64,000 nucleotides of DNA from Octopus sinensis (taxonomy: Eukaryota): NCBI RefSeq assembly GCF_006345805.1, contig NC_043015.1, positions 47,988,001-48,052,000 on the forward strand. The letters are read 5' to 3'. The notes below the pieces were generated by a model, which saw only the letters and a list, made by a program, of their open reading frames with translations, did not search any database and was not told the DNA's origin. Numbering within the stretch: the stretch's first letter is position 1; each line of letters begins with the position of its first letter. The translations under genes and the position numbers were made by a program. Positions 13,430 to 24,573 of the stretch are shown here, piece after piece.

Positions 13430-13700
13430 TATGCAGGGATAAAAATTTGTGCCCACTAAATGGACCTTGCATGTCCGAGACCATCATTTATGAACCACTG
13501 TGGACTCTATATCCACTAAGGACAGTTTTGGTGAAGAAATATGTGGGCCTTACAGAGGGTAATTTCAAAGCCAGGTTCAATAATCACACTTTGAGCTTCA
13601 GGCACTGGGATAAAAGGAAAACGACCAAATTATCCAGTCATATATGGTCCTTAAAAGATAAAGGTGTTAGTTACAACATCCATTGGAAGATCTTATATAT
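13430..13700 (+). pseudogene. GIY-YIG endonuclease fragment of a Penelope-like retroelement
   Basis: CRDKNLCPLNGPC...IIYE...YVGLTEGNFKARFNNHTLSF...LSSHIWSLKDKG...WKIL: Cys linker plus IIY/YVG and R...H motifs; follows a (TA)n tract. Confidence 0.75.
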
Positions 13701-14087
13701 ATCATCGTTTAGCGTCCGCTTTCCATGCTAGCATGGGTTGGACGGTTCAACTGGGGTCTGGGAAGCCAGAAGGCTGCACCAGGCCCAGTCTGATCTGGCA
13801 ATGTTTCTACGGCTGGATGCCCTTCCTAACACCAACAACTCCATGAGTGTAGTGGGTGCTTTTTATGTGCCACCGGCACAGGTGCCAGACAAGTCTGGCA
13901 AACGGCCACGATCGGATGGTGCTTTTTATGTGCCACCGGCACGGGGGCTAGATGGGGCTGGCAATGGCCACGAACAGATGGTGCTTTTTACGTGCCACCG
14001 ACACAAGGCCAGTTGGGGCGGCGCTGGCAATGGCCATGTTCGGATGGTTCTCTCACATGCCACCGGCACTGGTATCTCAGCTGCAAT
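13700..14087 (-). mobile_element. SINE family C
   Basis: Near-identical to 1423-1870; internal tandem modules gatggtgctttttacgtgccaccggcac. Confidence 0.85.
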
Positions 14088-14323
14088 TTATATATATATA
14101 TATATATATATATGTAACACATACATACAGACAGACAGAGATAGGTAGATATATATATATATATCCAATGGCTGTTTGTTGACAACTTTTTCCCTGTTTA
14201 AGGGTGATAATGCCTAATTTTTCTGGTGTTTTAATGGTGATTACTGCATTCGAAATATCACTTTCTTGTCTGCATCATGCAATACAGATTCAATGCTAAT
14301 GTAAATTTGTTTATAAACGCATA

Positions 14324-14829
14324 TCTTTATATATAAAACTCTAGTTGTGTGAGTGTCTGTCCCCTTCGATTTAGATTCCTAACTCCTCCCACATTTTGCG
14401 GTGCAGTTTAACCAAATTCGGGTATCTTATAGTCGTGATTCATATCGAGCCCGTCTGACTATTAGCGCGCGTCAACGATGAGTCTACGATTTTAAAAATA
14501 ATTTAACATAATTTTTTATTCCATTTTAATGCATAAAATGCATCGTATGTCGATGGCGGCGGAGTTGGCGTCCACGCTCACAGCTGCACCTGTTTGCTTC
14601 TCCCCCTTCCCTCCCTCGTGAAGCTGTGGGGAAGGGAGTGTAAAGAAATCAACGTCGTAATGCGTTGTGAAGGAAACCAGCGTTCTTTTAGAACAACGAC
14701 TTCATGGCTTGAAGACACCAAAACAAAAATGGCTAAGAAAGCCCGAATTTATAAGGGAAGTAACTCTCTAAAAATGCTTATATAGTTATTTCCCTTACAA
14801 ACCCGAGCAACGCCGGGCGATACTGCTAG
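14324..14829 (+). mobile_element. Non-autonomous Helitron, copy 1
   Basis: A|TC 5' end (tctttatatataaaa), subterminal hairpin cccgagcaacgccggg, CTAG 3' end. Confidence 0.85.
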
Positions 14830-15227
14830 TCTTTATATATAAAAGTCAAGTTGTGTGTCTGTCTCCTATGATTTAGATTCCTAACTACTCCCACATTTTG
14901 CAGTGCAGTTTAACCAAAACTGGGTATCTTATAGTCATGATTCATATCGAGCCCTTCTGGGTATTAGCGTGCGTCTACGATGAGTCAACGATTTAAAAAA
15001 AATTTACCATCATTTTTTTCCATTTTAATGCATTTTTTCGCTATTATATAAGGGAAGTAACTCTCTAAAAATGTCTACGATGAGTCAACGATTAAAAAAA
15101 AAATTTACCATCATTTTTTTTCCATCTTTAATGCATTTTTTTTTCTATTTTTTGGCTATAACTCTCTAAAAATGCTTATATAGTTATTTCCCTTACAAAC
15201 CCGAGCAATGCCGGGCGATACTGCTAG
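14830..15227 (+). mobile_element. Non-autonomous Helitron, copy 2 (head-to-tail with copy 1)
   Basis: Starts with TC immediately after the CTAG of copy 1; ends hairpin-CTAG|T. Confidence 0.85.
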
Positions 15228-15327
15228 TAGATATATATTTCAATGATAGCAAATAATAAAAAACAGTTGGAGAAGGTATTCTTAATGTGTATATTTATAT
15301 ATTTGTTTCCCTTCTTTAAATCTCTAG

Positions 15328-15535
15328 ATATATCTACCCAGATGATATTGCAACCTGGTTTGAAAAGTCAACAATTACCAATATGAAACCACTTTCACTC
15401 AAAAAGTTACAGTGTTGGTGTCTCGGTTTAGAAGCAAAGGAACTGGCGATTGCTCAGCCAGTATTAGTGGAAAATGTATTAGCAAAGTTACACCAAGTTG
15501 GTTTTGTTTATAGCCCTTCATATCATGGAATGTAA
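15328..15535 (+). CDS. TSNAXIP1: TSNAXIP1-like terminal exon (YIYPDDIATWFEKSTITNMKPLSLKKLQCWCLGLEAKELAIAQPVLVENVLAKLHQVGFVYSPSYHGM*)
   Basis: tctctag acceptor, phase 2 matches exon C, open to TAA 15533-15535, AATAAA downstream. Confidence 0.6.
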
Positions 15536-15603
15536 AAGGTAGGCTATTAGACATTAATTTCCTCCAAAGAAACTAGAAAATATACTGTTGTATTAACTTC
15601 TTA

Positions 15604-15631
15604 AATAAAACATTCAAAGAATTCAAATAAA
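15604..15631 (+). terminator. Candidate polyadenylation signals (AATAAA x2) of the TSNAXIP1-like gene
   Basis: AATAAA at 15604 and 15626, 70-95 nt after the stop codon. Confidence 0.45.
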
Positions 15632-15726
15632 GTAGCCCCAAAAAGGGCTTTAATACGTTCCCAGAGTATATGGTTCTTAGGAGGAAATACTAAAAAGGTA
15701 TGTATACCAAAATCATGAAGCATGTT

Positions 15727-16087
15727 ACATTACACGACATGTCAGAGATTCGCCAGAGGGGCAGGGCCAACCCATAACATTGCATGACATGTCAGATTCG
15801 CCAGAGGGTCAGGGGCAACTCATAACATTACATGACATGTCAAAGGTTCGCCAGAGGGGCAGGGCCAACCCATAACATTATATGACATGTCAAAGATTCG
15901 CCAGAGGGGCAGGGCCAACCCATAACATTATATGACATGTCGAAGATTCGCCAGAGGGGCAGGGCCAACCCATAACATTACATGACATGTCGAAGATTCG
16001 CCAAAGGGGCAGGGCCAACCCATAACATTATATGACATGTCGAAGATTTGCCAGAGGGGCAGGGCCAACCCATAACATTACATGACA
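15727..16087. repeat. ~50-bp GC-rich minisatellite, array 1 (~7 copies)
   Basis: Unit ccagaggggcagggccaacccataacattayatgacatgtcraagattcg; period 50 (15851, 15901, 15951). Confidence 0.95.
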
Positions 16088-16523
16088 GGCTAATCAGATA
16101 TGAGATACACTGTGTAACAAAATTTTAATTTTATTTTATTGTCTTTGGTCAATAAGTGTTATTTCCTATTTGCTTCTATTTAGAAATCAAAGGAAATGAC
16201 TGCTATTCCCTTCACACTTTGCTTTTGTGACCTAGATATCAATGTTTTGAAACTGACCTATTTCCCATTACATTTCAGACAGATTCAGCACTGAGTTGCT
16301 GAAGCAGAAATATCATTATAGCAAATATTCTGCTCAATGCCTCAGATTTGCTTGTCAGTTGCTTGACCTTTACCAATTGAGCATGTCCCTTAGTGGCTGA
16401 CAATATACACATCTCTGATTGTGAACAGGATTAGCTGGGGAGCATCATAGCCATGTGTTGAGTGGGATTCTTTGGGATTTTAATAAATTTAACAAAAGCA
16501 AAGTTCAAAGGAAATATTAGCCA

Positions 16524-17161
16524 CTAGCAGTATCGCCCGGCGTTGCTCGGGTTTGTAAGGGAAATAACTATATAAGCATTTTTAGAGAGTTATAGCCAAA
16601 AAATAGCAAAAAATGCATTAAAAAGGAAAAAATATGATGGTAAATTTTTTTTAAAATCGTTGACTCATCGTAGACATTTTTAGAGAGTTACTTCCCTTAT
16701 ATAATAGAGGAAAAAATGCATTAAAATGGAAAAAAAACGATGGTAAATTTTTTTTTAAAATCGTAGACTCATGTAGACGCTTTCTTAGCCATTTCTGTTT
16801 TGGTGTCTTCAAGCCATGAAGTCGTTGTTCTAAAAGAACACTGGTCTCCTTGACAACGCACTACGACGTTGATTTCCTTACACTCCCTTCCCCACAGGTG
16901 CAGGTGTGAGCGTGGACGCCAACTCCGCCGCCATCGACACACGAAAAATTATGCATTAAAATGGAATAAAAAATGATGTTAAATTATTTTTAAAATCGTA
17001 GACTCATCGTAAACGCGCGCTAATACTCAGACGGGCTCGATATGAATCACGACTATAAGCTACCCGAATTTGGTTAAACTGCACCGCAAAATGTGGGAGT
17101 AGTTAGGAATCTAAATCGAAGGGGACAGACACTCACACAACTACAGTTTTATATATATAGA
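16524..17161 (-). mobile_element. Non-autonomous Helitron, copy 3 (inverted relative to copies 1 and 2)
   Basis: Reverse complement of the same family; CTAG at 16524-16527, TC end at 17160-17161, A/T insertion site. Confidence 0.85.
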
Positions 17162-17169
17162 TATACATA

Positions 17170-17770
17170 GCGCAGTAGTGGTGAGATGTGACAGCAAAGA
17201 AAAGCATACATTCACTCTCTGCATGCAATTAGACTCAGAAAGTTCGTGAGGAACCCATTGACCCAATTTGCTGACTTTTCCGATAGCACACAGGTGTCAA
17301 TGAATGGTTGAATGACCAAATCCAAGCTTCTCTGCTAGTTCCTCAACAGTTACGATGAGATTTTGTTCCACCAGGGTTTTCAGGATGTCCTTGTCAGTTC
17401 TACAGATCTTTCAGGATGAGGCTCGTCTTCTAGGCTGTAGTTTATGGCTCGGAATTTCTGGAACCACCATTGATACTGCCTTACGCTTATTGTCCAATCC
17501 CCATATACTGCATTAATATTTCTTGTACTTTCCGTTGCGTTGTTGTCTTTATTGAACTCATAAAGCAAAATATGCCAAATATGCTCCTTTGTTACTTCCA
17601 ATATAGCTTTGAAAAAAATAGCTGTTAAAATCGAAATGCACTCTTCAAAACTTGCCCTATGAATAAGGACAAGATAAAATTACTACCTGCTTTTATAGCA
17701 AGTTAATATAAGTAGTTTATCCCATTCCCCTCTGACTTTTAGTTCAAGCTGTTGAAAAAAACCGCATTAT
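17170..17770 (-). pseudogene. mariner transposase N-terminal relic
   Basis: MEVTKEHIWHILLYEFNK...WFQKF...LEDEP HTH region, then WVPHEL motif at ~17240-17257; frameshift and stop present. Confidence 0.85.
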
Positions 17771-17898
17771 TATATATATATACATACACACATACATACA
17801 TACATATACACACACACTCTCTCTCTCACACACATGCACACATTTATATTCTGTTATTGTTTTATACGTTTCAGCCTTGAGGTTGTGGCCATGCTGGA

Positions 17899-17931
<33 letters not shown>

Positions 17932-18029
17932 TATCAGTCTGTATGTATATATGTATATGTATGTGTGTGAACAATAATATTTTCAACAGATGTGTTGCAA
18001 ATGTATCTGATTGTTCTCAAGCTTCAATA

Positions 18030-18200
18030 CTGTGTGTGTGTGTATGTGTGTATGTATGTATGTATGTATATGTATGTATGTATGTATATGTGTGTGTATG
18101 TGTGTATGTATGTATGTATGTATGTATGTATGTATGTATGTATGTATGTATGTATGTATGTATGTATGTATGTATGTATGTATGTATGTATGAGTGTATG
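18030..18200. repeat. (TATG)n/(TG)n microsatellite
   Basis: Directly visible. Confidence 0.95.
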
Positions 18201-18799
18201 TTTACTTTATTACTAACACAAGCCACTACAGGTTATTTAATGTAAAGTCTTCCTCAAATCACTCTCTCTGGCTATTTACTCTCTTCCAAGAACATTTTCA
18301 CTCACTCTTATCTGTTAGCTTCCCATACATTTTACTCATGTATCTATCAGCGTCATAGTCGTCATCGCATTCTATTGTCTACCTGTCAACACACTGAATT
18401 AGTTTCACTTTATTCGTAGCACACTGTGTGTGTGCGTTTGCGTGTGGTGTAAACCACATTAAGAAGAGCATTTGACATACACACCAGAATGTGAGTTTTC
18501 TGTAAATTTTGCTTAATTGGAGTTTAAATTTTAAAAACTGGACCTGGCATGACCCGATGCATTCTACTCTTAAAAATGCTAGGTAAATTGTAATTGAAGA
18601 AATCCTATATTGTAGATTTCTATAACTCCCAAAGGGAGGCAGATAAAATCTGCCTTTTATAATAAGAGATTTTTCATACTTTCATGTTCTAAAATAAGTT
18701 GAAAGATAAGCTACTATAAATCGGCATGAACTTTCCAGACAACCCAATACCCTCTGTAAGGCCCACATATTTCTTTGCTGAAACCGTGTCCTTATAATA

Positions 18800-19163
18800 G
18801 GCGCAGGAGTGGCTGTGTGGTAAAGTAGCTTGCTAACCAACCACATGGTTCTAGGTTCAGTCCCACTGCGTGGCATCTTGGGCAAGTGTCTTCTGCTATA
18901 GCCCCGGGCCGACCAATGCCTTGTGAGTGGATTTGGTAGACAGAAACTGAAAGAAGCCTGTCGTATATATGTATGCATGTGTGTCTGTGTTTGTCCCCCC
19001 AACATCGCTTGACAACCGATGCTGGTGTGTTTACGTCCCCGTCACTTAGCGGTTCGGCAAAAAGAGACCAATAGAATAAGTACTGGGTTTACAAAGAATA
19101 AGTCCCGGGGTCGATTTGCTCGACTAAAGGCGGTGCTCCAGCATGGCCACAGTCAAATGACTG
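18800..19163 (+). mobile_element. SINE family A, young copy whose 3' end is replaced by the minisatellite
   Basis: ggcgcaggagtggctgtgtggtaa head; ends at aatgactg without the aaacaagtaaaagag tail. Confidence 0.9.
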
Positions 19164-20352
19164 GGGCAGGGCCAACCCATAACATTACATGCCAGAGATT
19201 CGCCAAAGGGGTAGACCCAAACCATAACATTACATGGCGAAGATTTGCCAGAGGGGTAGAAGCAAACCATAACATTACATGACATGTCAAATTCGCCAGA
19301 GGGGCAGGTCCAAACCATAACATTACATGACATGTCAGATTCGCCAGAGGGGCAGGGCCAACCCATAAGATTACATGATATGTTGGAGATTTGCCAGAGG
19401 GGCAGGTCCATTCCATAACATTACATGACGAAGATTAGCCAGAGGGGTAGACCCAACCCATAACATTACATGACATGTCAGATCCGCCAGAGGGGCAGGA
19501 CCAACCCATAACATTACATGACATATCAGATTCGCCTGAGGGGCAGACCCAACCCATAACATTACATGACATGTCAGATCCGCCAGAGGGACAGGGCTAA
19601 CTCATAACATTACATATCAGATTTGCCAAAGGAGCAGGGCCAATCCATAACATTACATGACGTCAGAGATTCGCCAGAGGGGCAGGGCCAACCCATAACA
19701 TTACATGTCAGAGGGGCAGGGCCAACCCATAACATTACATGTCAGAGGGGCAGGGCCAACCCATAACATTACATGACATGTTGGAGATTCACCAGAGGGG
19801 TAGACCCAAACCATAACATTACATGACATGTCAGATTCGCCAGAGGGGCAGGGCCAACCCATAACATTACATGTCAGAGGGGCAGGGCCAACCCAAACAT
19901 TACATGTCAGAGGGGCAGGGCCAACCCATAAATTACATGACATGTTGGAGATTCACCAGAGGGGTAGACCCAACCCATAACATTACATGACATGTCAGAT
20001 CGCCAGAGGGGCAGGGCCAACCCATAACATTACATGACATTTTGGAGATTTGCCAGAGGGGCAGGTCCATTCCATAACATTACATGACATGGCGAAGATT
20101 TGCCAGAGGGGTAGACCGAAACCATAACATTACATGACATGTCAAATTCGCCAGAGAGGCAGGGCCAACCCATAACATTACATGACATGTCAGAGATTCG
20201 CCAGAGGGGCAGAGCCAACCCATTACATGACAAGTCGGAGATTCGTCAGAGGGGCAGGGCCAGCGCATAACATTATATGACGTGGCGAAGATTTGTGAGA
20301 GGGGCAGGGCCAATCCATAACATTACATTTCATGTCAGAGATTTGCCAGAGC
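19163..20352. repeat. ~50-bp GC-rich minisatellite, array 2 (~25 copies, with ~36-bp short variants)
   Basis: Same unit and orientation as 15727-16087. Confidence 0.95.
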
Positions 20353-20600
20353 CAAATGTATTTTGTAGCAATTCAAGTGACCTTTAACCCTATAAAAACG
20401 CCCAATGTGGTTTAAAATTATTACATGAGTATATAGTGGGGAGACTAAGGGAGTTCGTTGAGTGGTGTCAAGTGAAATTTGATGCAGAAGTAACCCATAA
20501 CTGCAGAAACTATGTGTGAGAGTATTTATTCTTCTGGAACCACCATAGTTGAGGAATATCGCAGAATATGACTGTTAGTAGTTTGATATTTTAGAGGCAA

Positions 20601-21015
20601 GGCGGCGAGCTGGCAGAAATGTTAGCACGTCGGGCGAAATGCGTAGCCGTATTTCGTCTGCTGTTACGTTCTGAGTTCAAATTCCGCCAAGGTCGACTTT
20701 GCCTTTCATCCTTTCGGGGTCGATTAAATAAGTAGCAGTAACGCACTGGGGTCGATATAATCGACTTAATCCGTTTGTCTGTCCTTGTTTGACCCCTCTG
20801 TGTTTAGCCCCTTGTGGGTAGTAAAGAAATAGGTATGTCGTCTGCCGTTACGTTCTGAGTTCAAATTCCGCCGAGGTCGACTTTGCCTTTCATCCTTTCA
20901 GGGTCGATTAAATAAGTACCAGTAACGCACTGGGGTCGATATAATCGACTTAATCCGTTTGTCTGTCCTTGTTTGTCCTCTCTGTGTTTAGCCCCTTGTG
21001 GGTAGTAAAGAAATA
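20601..21015 (+). mobile_element. SINE family B with tandem duplication of its 3' ~180 bp
   Basis: ggcggcgagctggcagaa head; body repeated from ~20833; flanking repeat gatatt(t)tagaggcaa. Confidence 0.9.
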
Positions 21016-21075
21016 GATATTTTAAATAGATATTTAGAGGCAACAAAACAGGGTTTTTTTTTTATAATATTGTTT

Positions 21076-21081
21076 TTTATT
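21076..21081 (-). terminator. Candidate poly(A) signal of USP6NL (would give a ~2.4 kb 3' UTR)
   Basis: Minus-strand AATAAA followed by an A-rich tract; other candidates not excluded. Confidence 0.25.
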
Positions 21082-21636
21082 GCATCCTTGTCTTGATTAA
21101 ATCATTAAAAACAATAGAATATGACAATATAGGAAATGAGACAAGCAAGTATTTTAATTTGAAAACAAAACAAAAAAAAAAAAAAATTAATATTACAATG
21201 AAGCATTAATTCAATCCAGAGTTTAACAAACCAACAGAATCAGAAATGAATTTCAAAATAGATTGGAAGAATTCAAATACTGGTCTCTGTTTAACAACAG
21301 ACAAGGAGTGCGGCACATCAATGAGTCATTGGAACCTGATGACTCCTAGGCATCGACATGTGACAGTATGAGAGTATACACCATGTCTTAGTAATATAAA
21401 GACATCAGGTGTGTATATATATATATATATGGTGTGTATATATGGTGTATGTGTGTGTGTGAAAATGTATGTGTTTATAAAAAAGTATAAGAGAGAGAGG
21501 GAGAGGATGACAAATAAAGAGGTAAAGCTTTTAACGAATTGTCAAATTACAATCAAAGGTATGTTCGTTATAGAAATTAAAAACAAACAATTAGATTTCA
21601 TAACTTCATGATTGAATCAAAAAGAGGCAAACTGCA

Positions 21637-21708
<72 letters not shown>

Positions 21709-22205
21709 CATACATACATACATACATATACCATTATAAATGTACACATACATACATATTTGTGAGCATATATATATATATATATATATGCACATGTGTG
21801 TGTGAGCATTAAATATATACACACAGCTATGCATATAGCACATTCCAGTGTCTATATATATAAACACACACACAGACAGACATATATATATATATATGCA
21901 AGCATATAGCATATTCCTGTCTATATATGTATATATGCATGCATATATGTGTGTATGTATGTGTGTGTGTGTGTGTGTGTAAAGAGACAGACAAACAGAC
22001 AGATAGCCAGGTATTATTTGGTACTATTGATTAACTTTAAAAATTTATTACTAATAACAATTTGACTCAAGACTAACTTTTACCTTGACCATTTTATTCA
22101 ACCAAATAAGTTGTTTCAGATAATATTTTATGTATGTGGGTATACATATTCCTATACAAGTCCATACACACAGACACACACACACCTCTCTCTCTCTAGA
22201 CCCTT

Positions 22206-22245
<40 letters not shown>

Positions 22246-23530
22246 CTTTTACTTGTTTCAGTCATTTGACTGTGGCCATGCTGGCGCACCGCCTTTAGTT
22301 AAACTAATTGACCACAGAACTTATTCTATCAGTCTCTTTTGCCGAACCGCTAAGTTACAGGGACGTAAACACACCAGCATCGGTTGTCAAGCGATGTTGG
22401 GAGGTCAAACACAGACGCACAAACATATATATATCTCCAAGGGTCTGCTAAAAATCAAAGACTAAGATATAAAAAAAAATCTTAAGAATAAATATATACA
22501 TATGCACCTACACACTTATACATATATGCAAATATGTGTGTGTGAAGTGTGAATATATACATATATATGAAACAGAAACGAGCAAACTGAAACATCTTAG
22601 AGAAGCCAGTAGCGAGTGGCATGTATTTCAACAACAAAAGACAAATACAGGTATATTAGATAGATTCTTGGTGTATTGAAATTATCTCTGCTTCCAGAGA
22701 CAATAGACTTAATTGTTTGGTGCTAGTTGGCACCAGTGCCAAACAAGGATGGGAGATAATTTCAAGAATCAAGAATTCTCCACAACTGACATGCCACTAT
22801 CGAAAGGACAAGTCAAGTTGTCCGGAGAAAAGACAGCTGGAACCACGATTCTGTCTCAATGTCATCAGCACTGCAATTGTCCTACTTTGCTTCCCGGCAG
22901 AACAAGATAATTAGACATATACAAAAACAAAAGTGGACACACACACATACATATTATAGTGAGAAAGACTTCATATATATACATATATATATATATACAT
23001 ATATATATATACATATATATATATGCACATATATATATATGCACATATATATATATGCACATATATATATATGCACACACACATATATACATATGCACAC
23101 ACATATATACATATGCACACACACATACGCAGTCTGAAAGCATGAAATCCATATTTATATAGATGGTGTGTGTGTGTGTTTGAGATAAGGTAAAGGAAAG
23201 AGTATCCAAACAAGGAGTTAACAACCACATTGATCTGTCAGAATCTGCTAGTTGTTGTTGTTGCAGAGATATGGAGAAAAATAAATACATAGATAAATAA
23301 GAATAAAAAATAGAAGAGAATGTTGTTGGAGTGATGGGTGGTGTGAATGTAAGAAAGAAAAATATAGGGTCTGGGGGGTATAGAAAGTCTTTATGGAAGC
23401 AGATTTGTACATTGAAACACTTTGGTTGTTTCTTCAGGTAAGTTCTTTAAAATTCATGTTGTTATATTTAAACGATTGCTTTCAAGGGACGAAGTGAAAG
23501 GAATTTTAAGTACAAAATATTCTGATTTGT

Positions 23531-24573
23531 TTACATGTACATATACACACTGGGTTTTGACATTTGGATAGTGGACACCTCTTTAGCTGGCATAGTGACT
23601 ACAGCCGGTGGTGCAACAGTGGCAGTGCTAAGGTTTAAATCTTGTTTCTCTAAGAAACCATTCTGCTCTTGAAATGTTTCTTGTACTCCACTGATATAAT
23701 GATCTGATGAAGAGACTTTGAGCATATTTTCGCAATGATCTGACTGTTGGCCAAATCCATTGGTGAGGTTTTGTTTTGTTGCTGGAGTTTTATTAACAAT
23801 AAACCCATCTGACTTACTGATGGGGATACTCGAAGGTATTATTTGAGTATCTTTATTTGTGTCATTGTCTTTGTCATAAAGATTATCATAATCAGGGGTT
23901 TGGACATTTTCACCAGCAGTCTTATCATGTTCACTATCAAGTATCATGCCTTCAGGTGTCTTTGAACCAATCATAAACTCGCGAGCTGTCTCAGCCGAAC
24001 CAGCATCAACTGAAGCAGCATCAACTTCATCTATATTTGTGGTACTGTCCATTCCAATTGACAAACTAATGTCGGAGGCATCTGCAAAGGAAGTCCTTGA
24101 ACTCTGGTTGGATGTTCTAGAGTTGAAATCAAGCAAAGACAGTCGAGAGTTAGTTGCTGTATCATAATATGACGATCGATCATCGGTTGAGTATTCTGAA
24201 TATTGACCTGACTGCATTGATCTCGTGTCAGCTCGACTTCGAGATAATTCAGGGGTAGTACTACTGCTTGTGGCTCGTCTCCGTGAGTAGGACTTCCCAC
24301 TTCGTGTGTTCTTGCGGAAATGTTCATCAAGTGATTCAATGGGTTTCTTGTTGATGTATTGTTCAATGCTTGGTTGGATATCTAAACCAAATGGTAATGT
24401 TGGAAACTCGTTTGATTTTGGTTTTGGCCCAACATCCATTTTACCTTTACGGAGTTCATCTAAACTTAACTGTAGCTGATCAATGACTGTGTCGTCATCA
24501 TAACCAAAATCCTTCTCTAACTGATAATGGAGAAAATTCAGGATTTCATCCATTTGCATTCGAACAAGCTTTC
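23531..24573 (-). CDS. USP6NL: USP6NL/RN-tre terminal exon (end of TBC region plus S/T/D-rich disordered tail)
   Basis: ttttcag acceptor, phase 1; KLVRMQMDEILNFLHYQLEKDFGYDDDTVIDQLQLSLDELRKGKMD resembles the RN-tre post-TBC segment; TAA at 23531. Confidence 0.92.

Noticed and set aside
15727-20352. CRISPR-like interpretation of the 50-bp or 24-bp arrays
   Set aside because: No unique spacers, no cas genes, eukaryotic intron-exon context
17744-23290. Y/I/H/T/C/V/M-rich ORFs
   Set aside because: Translations of (TA)n, (CA)n and (TATG)n microsatellites
23946-24366. Overlapping ORFs 23946-24167(+) and 24031-24366(-)
   Set aside because: Antisense or alternative-frame shadows of the USP6NL terminal exon
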